The notes beneath the pieces are model-generated. The model had not been told where the DNA came from and did not search any database. It saw nothing but the letters and a program-made list of their open reading frames with translations. A DNA stretch of 64,000 bases from an uncultured Oscillospiraceae bacterium (GTDB taxonomy: Bacteria; Bacillota; Clostridia; Oscillospirales; Oscillospiraceae), in the NCBI GenBank assembly GCA_964560435.1, contig CAZLLK010000005.1:5711-69710 (forward strand). The letters are read 5' to 3'. A program made the position numbers and the translations under genes. Shown piece by piece: positions 59,824 through 64,000 of the stretch. Each line of letters starts with the position of its first letter. Within the stretch, counting starts at the first letter, position 1.

Positions 59824-59862
59824 ATAGTAAAAAACGCCCCAAGGCACAAGCCTTGGGGCGTT
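59824..59862 (-). terminator. Rho-independent terminator of the S-layer gene
   Basis: AACGCCCCAAGG / CCTTGGGGCGTT stem. On the minus strand it is followed by TTTTTAC. Confidence 0.8.
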
Positions 59863-59907
59863 CCTCTATCTAAACGCGGTCAGCGCGTTTTTGATGATGC
59901 GTAACTG

Positions 59908-62451
59908 TTATGCGATCTGATAGATATAGATAGCAGCGGTGGTTGTGTCTGTGGTGGAAGTGGGCAGTACGTATGCTACGTCATTTGCGCCAGCATAGGT
60001 CAGAGCAGCAGCCTGGTCCGCAGTAATCTGAGAAACTGTGGTGGTTGTGCCGTTTACGCTGCAGAGGTAGATTGGGCATGTGCCGCTGAGGACGTAAGCA
60101 CCATTGGGAGTTCCTGTGATTGTCATTGTGCCGTTGAAGTGTGCAACAGCTGTCAGAGCAGTGTGGGTTACACCAGAAAGTCCTGTGGAAGCACCACCGG
60201 AAACGACAGCGCCGTTAGCTGCGTAATCCTTTGTGAAGTACAGAGTGCCCTTGTCGAGTGCGCTATAGCTGGTGACGGTCTTGTTAACTACGCCATTGAC
60301 AATTGCCTCGTAGGAGTAGAGCGATGTTCCATTTGCATCAATTGTTGTGGTAGCAGTGCTGGTTACAAACACCTTGTCATAAGAAGAGGTGGATGCAGTG
60401 GTTGTGCCGCCGGAGCAGATAACTACCTGAGCATAGGTGTTAGTTGCAGAATCTGAAAGGACGTAGATTGTGCCGCCTGCTGCGTAGGAAGCTGCGTTTG
60501 TAATGCCAGTCTTTACAGTGTAGGTCTTTGCGATTGCATCATAATACATGAAGATTGTGCTTGAAGTTGCAATCTTAGAAGTGGTGTATGCTGTGGTAGC
60601 ACCGGTCCAAGTTCCATCACTAACTGCAGTTGCAGCGCCGAGGAACTGAGCGCGGTTGCCGGTTACTACGAAGGATGTGTCGGCAATGTCAAGAAGAGTA
60701 TTGCTTACACCCTTTGTAAGGTCGGTAAGATTTGCGGTCTGGTTTGTTGCAGCGGTCAGGTTGTAGGAACCGTCAGCGTTTACAGCGTAGGTATAGAAGA
60801 TGCCTGCGCCGAGGTTGCCGTTAGCGGATGAACCTGCGGTTGTGCTTGCTACTGCGGTCATAGCGCCACCGAAAGCAGAGGTCTTAGCAACTGTGATAAC
60901 TGCCTGAGTGCCGTCCATCTTAACAACGTTTGCCTTATAGGTCGTTGTGCCGAAGGAGGAGGAGGTATCGGTTGCAGCAACAAAGAATGTGTTGCTTACG
61001 GTTGCAACGTTGGTGGAAGCTACGGTGTAGCAGATGTTCTTGCCGTTGTCAAGATAGAAGGAGAAGCCTGCTTTGCCGATGAGAGCCTGCTGTTCTGCAA
61101 GTGTGTCATAAGCAGCGGGTGCGCCTGCAAGTCCGGAAACGGAATACTTAACTCCGCCAATGGTTACATAAGTTGCAGTGTAAGAAGCGATAGCGCCGGT
61201 AACTACAGCTGCCTTCTCGACATAGGTCATGCCGGTTGCAGATACGTAGTAGAGGATAACGTCGCCCTTTGCAAGGCCAGCGGGGAAAGATACGTTGGTG
61301 GTGTTGAGATTAGCAAGGGGAGCAGCGCCAAAGGTGATAGTTGTGACTGAGCCGGAAGTTGTTGTAACAGGAGCTGCAGCAAGCTGGAGAACAGTCTTAA
61401 CTGTTACAGAAACCTTGTCATACTTGCTGTTGTTATCTGTATCGATGAACTGAACTACAGCGCCGGGGGTTGCAGCATAGCCCTTGATGGTGGCTTCGTT
61501 GTTAGCAACTGTATCAGTTGCGGGATAAGAGAGTGAAGCTACGCCGTCATTGTAATAATAGGTAACTGCTGCATCTGCCTGATACTTGATGTAGGAGGAG
61601 TTGGTAGCTGTTACAAGGTCTGCATAAGGTGTGCCGTCTGTGCTGGAAGCGAGAACTACGTCACTGGAAACGAAAGAGGTAAGTTCTGTTGAACCTAATT
61701 TCCAGAAGTATCCAACTCTGCCGCCTGCGATTGTAGCAGTCTTCGAAAGAGTTGAGTAGACATCTTCAGCGATCTGGAGGTAGTTGTCGCTATTGATATC
61801 GTTTGTGTTCTTTGCTGCGTTTGTGTAAGTAGCAAAGAGCTTGTTGTAGGAAACTTCGGGAACCTTTGTCAAAGCATTGAACACATAGAGGGCTGCTTCT
61901 TCACGAGTAGCTGCTTTTGTGTAATCGCTTGACTTGGTGCCAGTGAATACGCCGAGCTTGTTTGCGGATACTGCAACATTGAGTTCCCAGCTGGGGCCGA
62001 TGAATTCATTTGCTGCGCCGTGGCCTGCTGCGCAGAGCATCATCTTTGCGAGCTGATAGGCGGTGACATTAGCTGTGGGAGCAAATGTGCCGTCGCCCAT
62101 GCCGTTGATAATTCCCTTGCTTACGCAGTAAGCGATGAAGGGGGCAGACCAACGGGAGTTAGCAACATCCGAGAATCCGGTAGCGGTTACGGAAAGTCTA
62201 GATGCTACTGTGGGGCCGAGGACAGCATAGGTAATCATTTTTGCTGCCTCTTCGCGGGAGATTGTGCCTGTGGGTTTGAAGGAACCGTCGGTATAACCGT
62301 TGATTGCGCCGATGCCTGTCATAACACCGACTGCCTCTGTGTACTGAACGGAAGCGGCATCGGAGTATGTTGCTGCAGAAGCAATGCCGAACATTCCGAA
62401 TACCATAACCAGTACGAGTACGAGGCTAAGAGTTCTGTTCAGAGATTTCAT
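59908..62451 (-). CDS. S-layer / cell-surface protein with N-terminal SLH domains
   Basis: 847 aa. Signal peptide ...FGIASA|AT. Three SLH repeats (YSDAASVQYTEAVGVM, FSDVANSRWSAPFIAY, ...). The body is long and rich in Thr, Ala and Gly. Strong RBS GGAGGAG. Confidence 0.85.
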   Translation of the reverse strand: MKSLNRTLSLVLVLVMVFGMFGIASAATYSDAASVQYTEAVGVMTGIGAINGYTDGSFKPTGTISREEAAKMITYAVLGPTVASRLSVTATGFSDVANSRWSAPFIAYCVSKGIINGMGDGTFAPTANVTAYQLAKMMLCAAGHGAANEFIGPSWELNVAVSANKLGVFTGTKSSDYTKAATREEAALYVFNALTKVPEVSYNKLFATYTNAAKNTNDINSDNYLQIAEDVYSTLSKTATIAGGRVGYFWKLGSTELTSFVSSDVVLASSTDGTPYADLVTATNSSYIKYQADAAVTYYYNDGVASLSYPATDTVANNEATIKGYAATPGAVVQFIDTDNNSKYDKVSVTVKTVLQLAAAPVTTTSGSVTTITFGAAPLANLNTTNVSFPAGLAKGDVILYYVSATGMTYVEKAAVVTGAIASYTATYVTIGGVKYSVSGLAGAPAAYDTLAEQQALIGKAGFSFYLDNGKNICYTVASTNVATVSNTFFVAATDTSSSFGTTTYKANVVKMDGTQAVITVAKTSAFGGAMTAVASTTAGSSANGNLGAGIFYTYAVNADGSYNLTAATNQTANLTDLTKGVSNTLLDIADTSFVVTGNRAQFLGAATAVSDGTWTGATTAYTTSKIATSSTIFMYYDAIAKTYTVKTGITNAASYAAGGTIYVLSDSATNTYAQVVICSGGTTTASTSSYDKVFVTSTATTTIDANGTSLYSYEAIVNGVVNKTVTSYSALDKGTLYFTKDYAANGAVVSGGASTGLSGVTHTALTAVAHFNGTMTITGTPNGAYVLSGTCPIYLCSVNGTTTTVSQITADQAAALTYAGANDVAYVLPTSTTDTTTAAIYIYQIA

Positions 62452-62675
62452 ATAATGAAACTCCTCCTTAATGTAGTACCCCTTTTCAAGGGGCCTGATT
62501 TATGTACAACATTTAATGATTTGGATATCCTAAGCCAACCATCAAATGGAAGTACCGAGATAGGGATTGTGCATTTACAAATATTCTTTTCATAGTCGTT
62601 ATGCTAACACAAGTCATTGGTGAGGTCAACACTCTCGACGTCCATGTAACGTAACTGTAATATAGGTTCGTAAGT

Positions 62676-62722
62676 TTTGACATCGTGTTCCAAAGATGGA
62701 AAGTTTGGAGCACGATGTCAAA
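62676..62722. promoter_or_regulatory. 19 bp inverted repeat in the leader region upstream of the S-layer gene
   Basis: TTTGACATCGTGTTCCAAA (62676..62694) pairs with TTTGGAGCACGATGTCAAA (62704..62722). There is one mismatch and a 9 nt spacer. No T run follows on either strand. Confidence 0.5.
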
Positions 62723-62842
62723 GCAGTATGGGGGTGCGTACACTCAATCGCCTTCGGAATACCACTTGTTAGGTTCGTTTTGAAACGAAGGTATACATAT
62801 TAATATAACGTCTGTGTGAAAAGAAAAGCTCTCCGTCGTAGA

Positions 62843-63523
62843 CTATTTTGTGCCCGCCATTTCATTTAGTCGTGCCTCGTCTATCACTTTGACCCCGCCT
62901 CGCGCAACCTCAACGAGTCCCTCGGCGGAGAAATATTTAAGCATTCGCGAAACAACCTCTCGTGCGGAGCACATATATTTTGCTATCTGCTCCTGTGTTA
63001 GCTTAATTGTGTCGCCGCCCTCTTTGGCAAGCTCGTCAAGCAAAAACACTGCAAGCCTGCGGTCAAAGCTCATAAAGAGTATCTGCTGCATCGCCCACAT
63101 AACCTCGGAAAAGCGTTCTGTTGCTGTTTTCAGCGCAAAGTTCTCTACATAAATGTTTTCTTCCACCAGTTTTGCAAATACACCTGAGTTTATTATATAA
63201 ACTTCACTTTTTACTTCGGCGTCCACAAAGACGTCGAAAGTAATGGTCTGCAAGACGCAGGACGCCGAAAGCATACAAATATTGCCTGGATAAAGCCTAT
63301 ACAGGGTGATTTCCTTGCCCTCGTCAGAGAGCATATAAGTCCGAAGAATTCCGCTTTTTACGAGAATCGCTCCTGTGCAGTTGCCTGCATTGCCGTGAAC
63401 ATTTGTTCCCTTGTCGTATTCGGCAAAGGCGGTTTGTATGCAAAGCGTCTTTTTCTGTTCCTCGCTCAGCTTATCCCAAAAAGAAAAGTGCTGGGCGAAT
63501 AATTCAGCACAGTTAAAGGGCAT
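62843..63523 (-). CDS. Crp/Fnr family transcriptional regulator
   Basis: cNMP-binding-like barrel plus a C-terminal HTH (TQEQIAKYMCSAREVVSRMLKYFSAEGLV). Confidence 0.88.
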   Translation of the reverse strand: MPFNCAELFAQHFSFWDKLSEEQKKTLCIQTAFAEYDKGTNVHGNAGNCTGAILVKSGILRTYMLSDEGKEITLYRLYPGNICMLSASCVLQTITFDVFVDAEVKSEVYIINSGVFAKLVEENIYVENFALKTATERFSEVMWAMQQILFMSFDRRLAVFLLDELAKEGGDTIKLTQEQIAKYMCSAREVVSRMLKYFSAEGLVEVARGGVKVIDEARLNEMAGTK

Positions 63524-63753
63524 AAAGACATTCCTCCTGTTCGGAATTTTGAAATTAGCTTACCACATCTCGGCTTTACGTTCAAGTTAAACTACATAGG
63601 CCGAAAAACAGCATCCGGCTGTCTTTACATATTCTGCCGATGTGCTATAATGTTTGCAAGGTCGGACTCAGCGGTTAAATTTGGTATAATTCAGGCCGCC
63701 TTTCATATAATGAAGGCGGCTATATTCACATATTTATGGAATCGGAGGTTATT

Positions 63754-64000
63754 ATGAGTAAAATTTTAGTGCTTGGCGGGGCGGGATATATCGGTTCCCA
63801 CACTGTTTATGAGCTTTTGGATGAGGGCTTCGAGGTCATCGTAGCCGACAACCTTGAAACAGGCCATAGGTCGGCCGTTCATCCTGACGCAAAACTTTAT
63901 GTAGGCGATATTCGTGACGGAGCTTTTCTTGATAGCCTTTTCAAAAGCGAAAAAATCGACGTGGTCGTACATTTCGCAGCATACTCCATTGTTGGCGAGA
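63754..64000 (+). CDS. galE: UDP-glucose 4-epimerase, N-terminal part (runs off the window)
   Basis: Absent from the ORF track because no stop is reached. ATG 63754 follows GGAGG. It translates to [34 protein letters not shown]...[12 protein letters not shown]. Confidence 0.85.
   Translation, partial: MSKILVLGGAGYIGSHTVYELLDEGFEVIVADNLETGHRSAVHPDAKLYVGDIRDGAFLDSLFKSEKIDVVVHFAAYSIVGE

Noticed and set aside
59649-59849. 66 aa minus-strand ORF in the trxA / S-layer intergenic region
   Set aside because: It spans the terminator hairpin and is antisense to a better-supported small plus-strand ORF. It has no RBS.
60139-62595. Plus-strand ORFs (105 and 191 aa) antisense to the S-layer gene
   Set aside because: These are Cys- and Gly-rich translations typical of the antisense of Thr/Ala-rich coding sequence. 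They have no start context.

Overview
This is a 64 kb chromosomal window that looks like a Gram-positive anaerobe of the Clostridia. That call is inference from an SLH-anchored S-layer protein, an FprA flavodiiron protein, 2-hydroxyacyl-CoA-dehydratase-like genes and roughly 50 percent GC judged by eye.

Layout:
- 1-21.2 kb: housekeeping core. It holds the uvrB 3' end, polA, rimI-tsaD-tsaE-tsaB, upp, metK, an rlmB-like methyltransferase, a degenerate P-type-ATPase-like membrane protein, an EF-G paralogue, and an SGNH/DUF4358/beta-propeller envelope cluster.
- 21.5-33.2 kb: tRNA-Pro(GGG) at 21465-21540, then a decayed tyrosine-integrase gene and about 11.6 kb of accessory DNA. This DNA carries AraC-GH3-MFS, a PadR operon with an HxxxDG acyltransferase, IS3 debris and two broken surface-protein genes. 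It ends at a hairpin whose core resembles the hairpin right after the tRNA.
- 33.5-44.3 kb: a two-component system, a 2-hydroxyacyl-CoA-dehydratase-like gene pair, a Zn peptidase, an AT-rich islet, a frameshifted D-aminoacylase-family gene and FprA.
- 44.6-53.8 kb: the main finding (below).
- 53.9-64 kb: GNAT, a lipoprotein, a cNMP-binding/zinc-ribbon protein, flavodoxin-like genes, TetR, trxA, a large S-layer gene, Crp/Fnr and the start of galE.

Main finding: a full-length yyaL-type thioredoxin-domain gene (minus strand) is preceded by five more copies of its own first ~187 bp (RBS plus about 52 codons).
- Every copy is cut at exactly the same point, the codons of the C-H-W-C active-site motif.
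- Each partial copy is followed by a conserved 26-28 nt tail motif that the intact gene lacks.
- The copies are separated by 0.8-1.8 kb of visibly AT-rich cargo: two VanZ genes, a CheY-CheX fusion plus CheX, an epimerase, and small membrane or secreted proteins.
- No recombinase lies inside the array.

I read this as serial site-specific accretion of small recombinase-less cassettes, each bringing a replacement 5' end for the target gene. It resembles an integron or CIME array, but I do not recognise it as a described system. All coordinates and motifs were read by eye. No database search or computation was run.
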